NCBI GenBank assembly: GCA_001643675.2 | Contig: LSRY02000012.1 | Span: forward strand, 1,240,001 to 1,304,000 | Source of the DNA: Monocercomonoides exilis PA203 | Taxonomy: Eukaryota; Protista; Preaxostyla | Direction: 5' to 3' | DNA: 64,000 bases | Part shown: positions 11,182 through 23,796 of the stretch, piece after piece | How positions within the stretch are numbered: the first letter of the stretch is position 1 | How the letters are laid out: each line of letters opens with the position of its first letter | Program-made: the position numbers and the translations under genes | The notes under the pieces: generated by a model | The model's database searches: none | Seen by the model: the letters and a program-made list of their open reading frames with translations, nothing else | What the model was told of the DNA's origin: nothing

Positions 11182-14100
11182 TGATGTGTGCGAAAACCCG
11201 AACATTTGCAAAAACCCGCACTCTTTGGATTTTTGGAAACATCATAAAATTTTTTGTATTAAATTAAAGTCTTTTTTAATAAACACAAGAAATTATGAAC
11301 GAATTTTTAATAAGAATGAAAATGCATTTATAATAATGGGAGAAAATCCATATTTAATTCTCAAAAAGCCAAAAATATTGCAGAAATCAGTCAATTGAAA
11401 ATATCCAAATTTTTGAAATGCAAAAAGTGAAGACAGGAAATATGAATAATTCCAGAAAAGAACATTTTCGAAGAAACAGAGCATATAGAATGGAATCTCG
11501 CGGTGAGATATCTGGTATAAATGGAAGGCCACGATATTTGACAAAGGAAGAAGAAGAGAAGCTTGTTCAAATTATATTGAATTGGCACAATGTTTTGAAG
11601 CAGCCATCAATTTATGACATTCCTTTTTTAGTATGATTTTCTAATTTTGAAATTTTGAACTTTTTTTCCCAATCAAGGCAAGACAAATTCGAATCGAAAG
11701 ATCTCCGGCCTCTTCTGAATATATCGAAACACCGAGTTTAAGATGGGTTTACGATTTTTTATCAAGGCAAAAACAATTGCGCATAATAAATCCAGTTCGA
11801 CTTGATCATGCACGCTTGAGAGCATCGTTAAAAGAAAATATACAGTCTTTTCTTTCTCATTTGCGAACTTTGATGCTAAAGAAAAAATACCATCCTTCAT
11901 TAATATTACAATTGGACGAAACAAGTTGTCAGTCCAATTGTCGTCATCATAGGAAAAGAATTGCTAATGAAAAATGCAAATACTTGCCATGTTTAGAAAC
12001 ACCTCCTCTTCGTCATTTAACTCTTTTATTCATTGTGAGAGCTGATGGATATCATCTCCCCACCCATCTTCTTTTAAGTTCAAAATATGAAAAAGAAATA
12101 AACGAACAATGGAATGACGATTCGTTTGTATTGCATTCTACTCAAAAAGGATGGATGACAAAGGAACTGTTTGAAAAAATTATGTTAGAACATGATCTTC
12201 TTTTCATACAGAAGCAAAGAAAAATCGTGGAAAGAATTCGACAATATCAATATGAAATATGCCAAAGGAAATCTGGTGAATTGAAAACGAAAGAAAAAAG
12301 GTCAGAAAATTGCGAACAGAAAATGAAAAAGAATGAAACTGGTGAAAAAACAACACAACAAAATTTTCAAGACGCAGACGATCATGAATCAATAGTATTG
12401 CATTCATTAGCTGGATCAGAACTATTTCCAAGAGATAACTCAGATTCACCGACAAAATCCCCAAAATCCAAAGATCAGTGTGATAATGAAAAAAGTCACA
12501 AGGAATCCATTTCTTCTGACAAACTGGAACTTTCGAATACAATGTGTTCGGAAGGAGATCGAATTCAATCGTTGCAGCAACTGCTTCAATCCGCATCTGA
12601 CACTTCAAAAGAATTTTCAGAGTGTGAAAATTCTATTCGAATGAAAAAGAGTTTTCAAATTCCATCAGATGGATTTCCTAAAGTTGATGTTGGTGTAATT
12701 TCAAACTTTCATGATGAAACTCATTCAAATTGTTCTGATGAAGGAATATTTCTATTTGAAGAAGACGATAATAGAGATTGGTGGATAAAGAATGACGTTC
12801 ATCTGCCGAAAGCAAACTTATCGAAAAATGAAATAACTCAACATGAAAAAATATCTGAAGAAAAAACAAGCCATTCATTTCCTTCTGCTTTAATTATTCT
12901 TGATGGACATTCTTCAAGACAAAATATCCAGCTGTGGAAAAAGTTTTCTGAAGAAAACGTGGATGTCGTTGTGCTACCAGCACACACATCCCATATCCTT
13001 CAGCCACTTGATCTCGGACCTAATGCGGCACTCAAAAAGTAATTGAAAAATGTTCGAAATGAACCAAGTGTGAGCAAAATGAAAACAGAATTTTTACCTT
13101 TTGTCCAAGCCATCGCAGATTGCTCTTATTACGCGATGGCCCCAAGAGTAATACGGCATGGGTTCTACGAAGCTGGAATAACGTCTTCTCGAATATCCCA
13201 CGTACTGAGGCGCACTTTGGATTACTTACCTTTCGGCGTAAAACCGGCTAGACAGACGAACCGATGGTCCATCTCTGGTAAACTAATTACATCAACAGCA
13301 GTTCTGAAGGAATGGCAAGCTTTTGAAGAGAAAAACCCTATTTGTGATGATGAAAGAGTTGAGAATGTTCACATAACAAATATTAATCAAAAAACGATTA
13401 AAAATAAAAAGGAAAGACCTTCATCTTCAAAAATAACTTCTACTGATTCAAAGCTTTCAAACCTCACTTCAAACGAAAACACAAGAGAAGATACTGAGTC
13501 TGACGATAACTCATATTCAACAGATTTCGAATCAGATCCAACTGATTCACAAAAAGGGGAAGAAAATATTTTAATCGTTCATGTTTTCAGAAGAAAAAAC
13601 AAACAGAAAAGATTTATTGTGTGCCGGTCAGATCATTTGGATGAAGCAGATGGTCGAAAACAAGTTTCTGATTTGTCAAGTTCTTCTAATTATTCTGAAG
13701 AAGAATCTTCAGAAACTGATCATCATTCTGACAGCTTAAACAAATCGAAAGAAAAGAAAAAAAGAGATCTAGACAGCAGCGAATATATAGAAGAAGATCT
13801 TTCATCAAGCAACGAAGAAGAAGATTCGGATGGGAAAAAATTGCACAAAAAATATTCCATGAGATCAATGAAAGGTTTGCCCAAAATGTTATCCGAGCAA
13901 TATATTCTTTTTACGGATTCTGATGAAAGTAAAAATAATCCAAAGAAATGATTTGTGAGAAATAAACTATCGTGAAAAGTTGAAAAACATAACAAATCTT
14001 TTCAATCTCTTCATATCAAACAATTATCATTTAGGAAATCACTTTGCAATTTTATTGTCAAACATTTTGTTTATGGGGTTGTTTCCAACAATAAGTTTCA

Positions 14101-15141
14101 ATAATTCTTGATAAAGAATCAGGATAACTCTATTTTTTCTTTAAAAGCAAGGATAAGCATTTTCAATGAAAAGAAACAATAATTTTAAGAAAAAAAAAAC
14201 ATTTTATAAAAAAGAAAAACAAAAGAGAAAAACAATATATTTCATTTCCAGATTAAAAAAATAAATCGCATATTAGTCAATGTGCTAAATTTTTCGACAA
14301 AGAAAATAAGTGATCCACAAACCTGCAACAATAAAAATAAACTTATTTCATTGAAAAACTTGTCGAATAAAATTCACTACAAATTGTCGTGCTATTGTCT
14401 ATGAAAAGAGCAAAATATAATTTTTTTGATATCAAAATCAAAATCAAACACGAAGAACAAACCACATAAATGCGGTTCTTCAAAGTTGAATAATTTCTGA
14501 AACGTTGTTTGATTGAAATAATTTTATTATGGGCTTTGGACCCATTGTTTTGATTGAAAATAATGTGATGATCGTAATTATGATAAATCTGCAATTTCAT
14601 TTCCATTTGAAGTTATAATGCAATAATGGTATTCTATGGAATCTCATCTATTTCATCTATTGACTTTTTTCATATTTTTTTCAGCTTAATAAGAAAATAA
14701 GATAAATGTTATTATTTTCCTATTTTTTTCATGTTATAGAAGTAATTTTAAATGTTTCGCTGTAAGAATGTATTTATATTTTCAATTAATTCTTTGTCAT
14801 TTTATTATTTGAGAAAAGATTTCAATTTTTCTGTTTTTTTCACTTCACAAGACAAAAAGACGTCAAAGACAAAAATTCTTAAAAAATTGAGTGATATTTG
14901 TTGCAAACAAATAAAGAATGAAATCATTGAAAGATAACATCAAAATAAAAATGAGAAGTTTCAAAATTTTTCTTCAACTGAAAATTGAACCAAAATAGTT
15001 AATTATCAAGAATAAAAATGAATTTTTGAAAACAACATTGAGTTTTAACAAAAATAAACATCATTTTATCAATTATCAACAACTTTTTTTTTATTCAAGA
15101 TGATATGTGCGGGTTTTTGCAAAGGTTCGGGTTTTACACCA
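11182..15141 (+). mobile_element. pogo-type (Tc1/mariner superfamily, DD35D) DNA transposon 1, ~3.96 kb
   Basis: 29-bp TIR cores at 11193-11221 and 15107-15135 with 1 mismatch. They extend to TA|TGRTGT ends if a 5-bp insertion is allowed on the left. The element encloses a DDE_1 transposase. Confidence 0.9.
11418..13951 (+). pseudogene. pogo/CENP-B-HTH + DDE_1 transposase with one in-frame TAA
   Basis: GRP motif; intron 11631-11677 restores the frame (PSLRWVYDFLSR); LDET, GWMT, LDGHSSR, PAHTSHILQPLD with 35 aa between D2 and D3. A single TAA at 13040-13042 is followed in frame by 302 more codons. Confidence 0.85.
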
Positions 15142-16026
15142 TACTATTAGTATTTTATTATTCTTTGTTTGATTCAGAATTCGCATTGCTCATTTATATT
15201 TTTGCAATCACAATTTTTCACATTTGCTGCAGTTCATTTTTTATTTTTTATTTTCTTTGAATAGTTAAATGTTTCTCATTTGTTGTTTAATCACTTTTCC
15301 AAATGCACCATTTTTTTTGTGTTTTGAAAACTCATTCACAATGAAATGACTTTTTGTTCTATTTGTTTATTTTTTATCGAAATTATTCTCTTTCAGTTTT
15401 AAAAAAAACGATAATTTCTTTGTGACAGACTGTTTATTTTCATAATGTGAAAAAAGAGCTTTTCAAAAATGTTAAATGTTATTCATTTAGATGGAAATAT
15501 TAATTTTGTCGATTTCAATTTTCGTTCAGTTTTCATGTTAATATCAAAATCTGCCAAAATCATTATCATTTCTGTAATAAGAGAATTTTCTTAAACCAGT
15601 TGAAACAGAAAATTTTCAATTCGTATCTAATCATTTTTTGTGACTCTATTCGATTGTGATTATCAGCAAGGTGACTTCAAAGAATGTTTAAATACAAATA
15701 TCGAAATAATTAAAAATGTGAAGAATTTTTCATACAGTTTGTTTGTTATTAATGTTGATCTGTCCAAAAATAATGTTGATTAAACCGAAAGTTAAAAAAT
15801 AAATACTTAGACATCACTTAAAAGTGGATAAAAAACAAAAACAGAAGAATTAACAAACAGGTTTTTCAAGGATTGTTTCTAAAAAATGATAAACACTTGA
15901 GAAACAATTAATGAAAATTCATGCGTAGCATTCAAGTTTTCATTTCATCTTGATTGCTTCTTTGTGTTCGGAGTTTGATTCTATTTCTTTTTTTCTTGAT
16001 TTTTTAATAACCTTCAGTTTCTAATA

Positions 16027-18519
16027 CCATCGTTTAAAAACCCTAGAATTTTTCAAAAACCCGGAGAAGCCTTATTAAAATATGCTTTCAAACTTTTTCA
16101 AAACAAGGATCCCTCAATTATTCCAGCAACACAAACCAACATAAAAGCAGGTATGATTTATATATCAATTGAAATCTTATTTGTTCTTTCTATTTTTATT
16201 GAGTTGAATGGTTTAATCATAGAAGGATTTCTAATTACTTTTTGGCTTTTTACAATCGAAAGTTTGAATTTGTTGTTTGTTTCTTATATTTTCATGCAAC
16301 TTGTGTTTGTTCGCAAATAAAATTGCTTATATTCAAAACTCTATTCCTCAATTATTAATTTGAATTAATATACTTTAATTATTTCTATAGTATTAGACTT
16401 TTCTGAAATGAGAAAATAATTGTTTTATGAATAACGAATTAAAAAGGTTTTTTTCATGATAAAAGCACTTTTCAAGGATTTGAGTGAGTTGTAATTGTTT
16501 GTCGTTCAAATCGATGAACAATTGTTTGAAGAATGTTCGTCATATCTTCGATATCTTGCTTTGATTGAATGTGTCGTCGTCATAATCGATCCTCAAGCAT
16601 TTTCTTTTCCATTTCATTTTGTCGCTATTTCTCCTGCAACTGTTTTTTTTTCTCCATTTTCTCTTCTTTCTTTTCTTTTCTTTTCAAATCCAATAAATCT
16701 TCTCTCGATTGTTTCTTTTTTTCTTTTCGAAAAATAGAAGCACAGTTGATTTCTTTAATCTTTTGAATTGATTCATTTTCACAATATCTTTTTTTTTTCA
16801 TCTTCAATTTTTTTTTCTTTGGAGAAAATCTTCCGAACAGCTGCTCTTTATTCTCATCGTCATTCAATGATATTTCCTTTTCAAGTGTTACGCTTGTTTT
16901 TTCAAGAACCGGAGCAGCTTTGACCGGCCAAACGCCCGTCTGCCTGAATGCATGCTTAATATTTGAAGGTGCAACCGCGGCAGAAAGAGCTTCTGGAAGA
17001 ATATCAAAGATAGCGGAGCGAAACGCGGAAGAAAAATGATCAGTTGGAGCTTTGAAGCTATAATAATATGTTTTCTTGAATCGTGCAAAAATTGAATTAT
17101 CGCACGGTTGCAGAAGATGAGTTAAATTCGGAGGAAACTTTTTTATGATGATGTTTTTCTTTTTTGCAACCTATTCAACAGCTTCACTGTTGTGAGAAGA
17201 ATGATTATCCATCAGGAACATTGCAGATTTCATTCCTCCATTTTTCATCTTTTTTTTAATATAATCAAGCCAATAATCGATCTTTATTTTTCGAAAATTT
17301 TTGTTGTAATCCATCCTGAAGATGCGAAGATATAATATATGTTGAACGATGAAAGCATACGAAATTCCACTGGAATTTTTTTCGCAGGCCAAAGAAGAAA
17401 AGATGACAAACATGAGCCATCTGCACAGGCACATAAGCACAATGTTGTGTTAGAAGTCTTTTTCGGAGAAGGAGTCGAAGGAGGTTTCTGGTTTTGCAGA
17501 CATACCACAAGTTTGCAAGAATCCTCACCCAGATGAAGTGAACTTTCATCAAAATTAAAGATGCCTGATGCAACAATTTCTTTCTCATTCACAATCTGCA
17601 AAAGTTCATCAAACCACTTTCTGACGAAATCAGAAGATTGGGAAGATATTTTTGCAGTGTCCAATTGCTTTTTAACATTTGATTTCTATATAGAACTTTT
17701 CAGAATAACACAGTATGCGGCTGTTAAACTTTGTATTTTTTACACTTCTTCGTCTTTTGAGGATTGCTCCATATACTCCATAGTCTGAAAATATTTTTAA
17801 AATTAATTTCTATAATAAAAAAGAACATAAACCAATTTGTGCACGTATTTAACTCTTATTGTTTCACCTTTTGAGAGATGAACAATAACATGGTTCTCGT
17901 TTTTTTTTTTTAATAAATCTGGTGTTATTATCGGAGGTCTTCCGTTCACTCCAGCCTGCCTTTTTTGCTTCTCTGCCGCTATTCATCTGTTCCATGAGCC
18001 ATTTGATATTCTGCCAGAATCAACAGCCACTTTTCTTATTATTAGATGATCCTAACGCAGTGCAAATATTTTTAAAGATGTTGTTTTTAACCTTCTTATT
18101 TCAGAGGTTGCCAACTTTTTCCTTTGTTCTGGAAACGACAATTCTTTTACAATAGCCATTAATATGGGTTAGATTTTTGATCATTTTTTTTGAAAGTGAG
18201 TATTAATTATGATTTTTGATAAATGTTTCAAAAAAAGGAATCATCAAAGTGTCAAAAAATTGTGAAAATGAAAAATATGATAATTGGAGAATGCTTATTT
18301 TTTTTCTTTTTGAGAAATGAATATATTTCAAAATAGAATTTTTTTGACGATGTATATTCAATAGCAATTAAATGTGATTTGTTTTTTTGATATTGCATTA
18401 ATAATAATATTCAACGAGAAATAATACAATTATTGAAAATGCTTTTTGACTTGATGATCGTAAATAATATTTTTTTGAAGTCCGTGTTTTTGTAAAATTC
18501 CCGGGTTTTTTTACGTTGG
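16027..18519 (-). mobile_element. pogo-type DNA transposon 2, degenerate, 2.49 kb
   Basis: 39-bp imperfect TIRs at 16027-16065 and 18481-18519 (7 mismatches), flanked by TA at 16025-26 and 18520-21. Minus-strand transposase remnants: GVNGRPP, FNFDESS, GWITTKIF, MDNHSSH, FPPNLTHLLQPCD. Confidence 0.9.
16625..18030 (-). pseudogene. Disrupted DD35D transposase of element 2
   Basis: Several in-frame stops and frameshifts; intron 17832-17785; all three catalytic Asp motifs are still recognisable. Outer boundaries are approximate. Confidence 0.8.
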
Positions 18520-19196
18520 TAACAGGAAAAAATCAAATTTATATTGTGTTATGTTTCAAACTTCCTGAGAGTGGAATGAGCTTTTAATAATTAAATCATT
18601 GTCATCATTTTGAATCAAATTTGAATTGAAGGTTCTGAATCAAATATTTTTTGTTTCACTTGGTTTATCTACAGAAAGAAATTTGCAATTTGGCAATATA
18701 TTTTGCATTCATGATTTTTATTCAAGGTTTACTTTATTTTTGAAATAATATTCACATTCACTATTATTGTTAGAATTTTTTTCATAGGAATATATCTAAC
18801 TTGAATTATATCAATGAATAGAGCAATATGAAACAAATGAACTTTTTTATCTTTTTCATTTTTTTATCTATCAATTTTTTTGACTTCAAAACAAAACAAA
18901 GAATATTCAAGATTATAATTTTTTCTTTTCTTTGATCAGTGAATATAGAAAATATTAAAACTTGTTGAATTGAAAAATGTTAAAAATTGTGAGTTAAACG
19001 TAACAAATCCTTTTTTTCCAAAACCAAAGTCCACACATCGTTTTCCACGTGCATGATTGTTTTTCTAACTACACATGCTGAAATTTTCTGAAAAGTTTGA
19101 AGCATTCTCGATATAAAATGAGACTCATCCTCTCATTTCAACGATTTTTCTTCAACTTTGGCTTTCCAAATACCAAAATTATTTTTTTGAAGGATA

Positions 19197-19440
19197 TGGT
19201 TAATTTTTTTTTTGTAAACTTCCTTTTGTTTAATTTTCAAATTAAACAAAATTTTCTCATTTTTATCTATTTTCTGTTCCCACTCACGTAACTTCACTAT
19301 AATGGAAATAACAATATTCTTCAGGTTTTGTTTCCATTTTTTTTAAGTTGCGTGAGTGGGAACAGAAAATAGATAAAAATGAGAAAATTTTGTTTAATTT
19401 GAAAATTAAACAAAAGGAAGTTTACAAAAAAAATATGCCA
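19197..19440. repeat. Long inverted repeat (89-bp arms, 1 mismatch), possible MITE/foldback element
   Basis: 19206-19294 is the reverse complement of 19345-19433, with a 50-nt spacer. The outer ends read TA|TGG ... CCA|TA. Confidence 0.85.
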
Positions 19441-19974
19441 TATATAAAATAAAATTAATGTTCATGAATAGAAAATTGTGATCATTACTGATAAAGACTA
19501 AATATTGTGTGATTGTTTCCGGTTTTTAAAATTTCAAAACATTTCCAACAAACAAGCTTCAGAATGAGTGTTTGAAAGTTCTTATTGAAGAATATTATTT
19601 CAAAATGGATGACCTTTTTTGAAATCATTCTTTTGTTCGAGTTATGATTGATAAAGTAATCTCAATGGAATAAGAAAAAATGAACGATTTCGGTATATTC
19701 AAAAAGTTAATGATGCTGTTTCAAAGATTTAAAAATTTTTTACGAAAATCCCATTGAGATAAGAATTTGATCAAAACTCAAATAAAAGTCTGATTTCAAA
19801 AAGGATCTGCTCCATTCTTTCATAAAATTTCGCAGCTAATTTATGCCTCGCTTTTCAATCGCAAAAATGAGGAAATCAACATTTTCAAATTTTTATTGTT
19901 TTGTCAAAAATAAATGTATTATCTTATTTGTCTGTTAAAATATTTTATAACTGTTCAATAAAATGAAATGTGAT

Positions 19975-19978
<4 letters not shown>

Positions 19979-20024
<46 letters not shown>
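19979..20024 (+). repeat. Poly(A)46 tract
   Basis: Uninterrupted A run, with AATAAA at 19957-19962 upstream. Confidence 0.95.
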
Positions 20025-20026
<2 letters not shown>

Positions 20027-21036
20027 AAGTAATGAAAAATTTCATTGAGGAATGTTTTCTTTTATTTCGAATTTCACGAAATGCAACATATTATTGTTAT
20101 TGTCTATTCTTTTTATTTTCCAAGATTAGAAAAAAAAATTCATCACTTCTGAAAACAAAAAAATATACAGACTCAAATCGTTTTTTTTTTTCCTATTGAT
20201 TTCACACGTATGACATTCTATTTTCAAAATAATCGTGTGTGTCTGATTTTCAAGTTTTCAAAAAAAATTTTTGAACGATGCACATATTTTCTTTTTTCAA
20301 TAAAAATAAAGAAAAATCAAATACATATGAATGACTTTTTTCAAAACAAGTCACAATTTGTATTTTGCAAAAATTTGTTGAGCCATTTTTAATAAAAGGT
20401 CAGAAATACAAAAATTTCTCTTTTCCTTGAAATTTTTTCATTTGTAATTATTTGAGAATAATGTTGGAAAAAAACAAAAGTTTCATATTTTTTTTGGAAT
20501 CCTTAACTTTAATAACGAAAAATTGAATAAAAATTTTTTTTCTTTTCAAAAATGAACAGTGTTAGTAAAACATGTGAACATTAATTTTCTGAAACATGAA
20601 TAAACACCAATTCATCATAAATTATATTTATCAAAAAAATCCAGTTTCATGTTTTTTGTTTTAGGTTGTTTTTATAATTAATTGAACAAAAACGCATTGA
20701 ACATTTGATAATTTGTAAAATATTACTGTTTTGATTAAAAATTTATGTTTTAAAACAAAAATAGTGTGAAACACACACATGCATATTTTCAAATTAAGGA
20801 AACAGAAACAATTGAAAATATTTATCATAGACAAATGGAGATAATTAATATTTGCATATTTCATATCCAAAACTTTTCAATTGTTTTTCAATTGAATTAT
20901 TTCCATTTAAAACAACATTATCAAAATTTTAATCACAAATTTGTTTATCTTTTTTGAATAAAAAAATATATCTACCCATTTTAAAAAAATTAACTTCTTT
21001 TTTACTTGATATTTTTAATAGCAATTGCATTTAACG

Positions 21037-23274
21037 ATGATGAAATTTGTTGTTATTTTACTAATAGATTTGCTTATTATGGAACAAGTTTCAACCAGGG
21101 AAACTTGGAATTTATTGGGAGATTCCTTGAAACCTTCAACTTCTGTTGGTCTCTCATATTCTTTTTCGTCAATACCTCATTGTGAAAGATCAGAAACAAC
21201 AAAAACATCTTTATATAATATTTTTGGGTTATTAGCTTTTCACAGTAAATTTGATTCAACTGCGTTTCAATTTGAAAAAAAATCCGAGCCGCAATTTTAC
21301 AATGTAAAATGCACCGATAACAAAGGCATTGACAAGCCATTTTTATTTACCCTTAGTCAAAAATCCGTTTTATTTCTCATAAATAAAATTAGAAGTGGAT
21401 ACACATACAACCTTTTTCTTTCTGGAATTCCAGTTGCAATAAGAGAAAATGGAACTCTTGATATCCCATTGGGATATTTTAAAGATGAAAAATGTTATTA
21501 TTTCAATCACTTTGATTTTTTGTTTACATGGAAAGAAAATGCAACGCCATTTCAATCACTTGATGATCTTGTGTTTGTGCAAGTCATTCCTCGGAGCATT
21601 TCAAATAGTGTTTCTTATTTCACTTCACCACAAACAACATCCGTTGCTTCATTAGAAAATCCAATTCCTCTTTATATGGATCCTTCCAAAGAATTGGAAG
21701 CGCCTTTCACTTACACAGTAACAAATAAACATGATACAACACACACATCAAGATCAAATCATTATCCAAAACCTTATGGTTCTAAACGCATGTCAGAAAT
21801 AGATTTTTCTCTTATTAATGTTATTCCATCAATTATCGTGACTATAATTTTGGAAGTTATTGTGGTGTTTCTTGTAAGATCAATAACTAAGCAAGAACTC
21901 AAAAAACAATCACAAAATATTCCAAAAGAACGAACAACCGGATCATCATCTTTGAAGTCAACACAACAATCTTCTTCTACTTCTTCTTCTTCTTCCTCAC
22001 TTGGTGGACCATTTTCGATTGCATCAACTTCACTGCCGTCTGAACCCACACCATTTTCTGCCTCTTCTGCCTCTTCAGACCAAACAGCCACTCTCGATGA
22101 CGTGTCAATGGAAATATCTATGATGATCGAAGAGAAAGGATGGAAGCAGCTGTGCAACGAAGTGTTTCGCCGTCCAAAAAATTCTGCTTTCCTTTCATCG
22201 AACGTTGCTGCTGGACTCCACACCATCGCTTTTTCACTTCTTGCTGTCATTTTGTCTCTTTTGGGACTTCTGAATTGGAATGACCGCACTTCATCAGCAC
22301 CTACATTGGTCATATTTATTTCCAGCATCGCAATTCACGTGATTGTCGGATTTGCTGCAGGAAGGTTTGAAAATTATCTTTCTTTCATTTAAAAATTGAA
22401 TTCATTGTTTTTTACCCACTCAATGTGAATTGTTCTAATTGGAAATCAATCAATTATTCTTTGAACATACATACATACATATACATATTTGAAATGCTAT
22501 CTTAGACTCCTCAAAATGTTCAACCATGCGAACCAATCTTGGTCTCTTCTTGGCAGAAAGCTCCTTTTCCGGCATCCATTCAACACTATCCTTGTCTCTG
22601 CTCTTTTGCCTCTTTTGCTTATCTTCATCGGAGAAGCCATCCTCTTAGTTGCTGGAACCGGACTTGCACCTTCATTTTTCACTCTTGGCTTCCTGGCACT
22701 GGCATATCTGCTGTTCAGCTACGGAGCAATTCTCCTTGGTGAAGCCAATGGATTTAAAAAGCCTGCAATCACACCTCCAAACAACATCACCACCAACACC
22801 ATCCCGCGGCTCATCCCGCCTCGTCCGTGGTATGCCACATTTCCTGCATCGTATATGATCACTGGACTTGCACCAATGGCTACTCTTATTGCGCCTCTAT
22901 GTGCCATTTTCAGGGGATGGACGCCTGTGAGTGGAGGCGACATTGTTCTGCTCTTTCTTTCGTTTGTGGTGTTGCCAGTACTCGCATCTGCCTCGATCTC
23001 AATTCTGTTTGTTTTTCTTCAGCTGTCATCTGAAGATCACTCGTGGTGCTGGAGGGCATTTCACTATCCAGCATCATCTGCAGCGTATGTTGCGATATTG
23101 TCACTTGTATTTTTGCTTCGCGTCAAAGCTTTGGCGGGGCCGTCTTCTTTCTTCTACTTTCTGGCTCGGATGGGAATTGTGTGCGTTGTTGTATATCAAA
23201 TGTGCGGATGTGCTGGATTTCTTGGGACACTTTGGTTTGTGAGAAAGATTTACGGTACACTTCGGAGAAACTGA
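21037..23274 (+). CDS. TM9SF: Transmembrane 9 superfamily (EMP70/nonaspanin) protein, 2 exons
   Basis: Signal peptide, YFNHFDF, EEKGWKQLCNEVFRRP, TNTIPRLIP, EDHSWCWRAF, GFLGTLWFVRKIY; intron ~22364-22505. Confidence 0.92.
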
Positions 23275-23796
23275 TTGCGCTGAAATGATCATGTTTATTA
23301 TTATATTTATTATAACATATTTGCACCGACAATGAAATTGTCGGGAGAAGCAACTTTATTATTCTAATTCACATCACTCCACATCAATTCATTTCGATGC
23401 ATTATTTTGTTATATTAACTTTTGAGTATCGAATACTACAATTTTTATCACGATAACTCAATGTTTTTGAAACAAAACAGACTCTCTATCATTTTGTAAA
23501 TATTTCCAAAAAACTAGTTTTCTTTATGTAAAAATAATAATTACTCGGAAGTAATATTGGTGTTCTAAAAATATATGTGAAATTTTAAGATTCTTAAATT
23601 CTCACAATTACAAAATTTTGAAGCTGCATGAATGCGACAAAGCAACATTGCCTTTTTAAAACATCTTCAATCTTTCAGTAAAAGTGCAAAAACAACTTTT
23701 TATTCTCAAGCGCATCCAATGAAAGCCTCGAACGCATCATTCGTTGAAAGTGAATTCAAGAATTAAACAAATACCAAACCGAGCCAATATCGAAGT

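Noticed and set aside
11193-11221. Telomere-bearing transposon ends (A4C3 resembles ciliate C4A4)
   Set aside because: There are only two spaced boxes, not a tandem array. They are better explained as transposase-binding subrepeats.
14343-14937. Second ORF in the 3' part of transposon 1
   Set aside because: Short AT-rich ORFs with no recognisable motif or coding-like composition.
10142-21000. TE island as a centromere linked to CENP-B-like transposases and the CENP-C-like gene
   Set aside because: No satellite array or other direct evidence, and a gene's location says nothing about centromere position.
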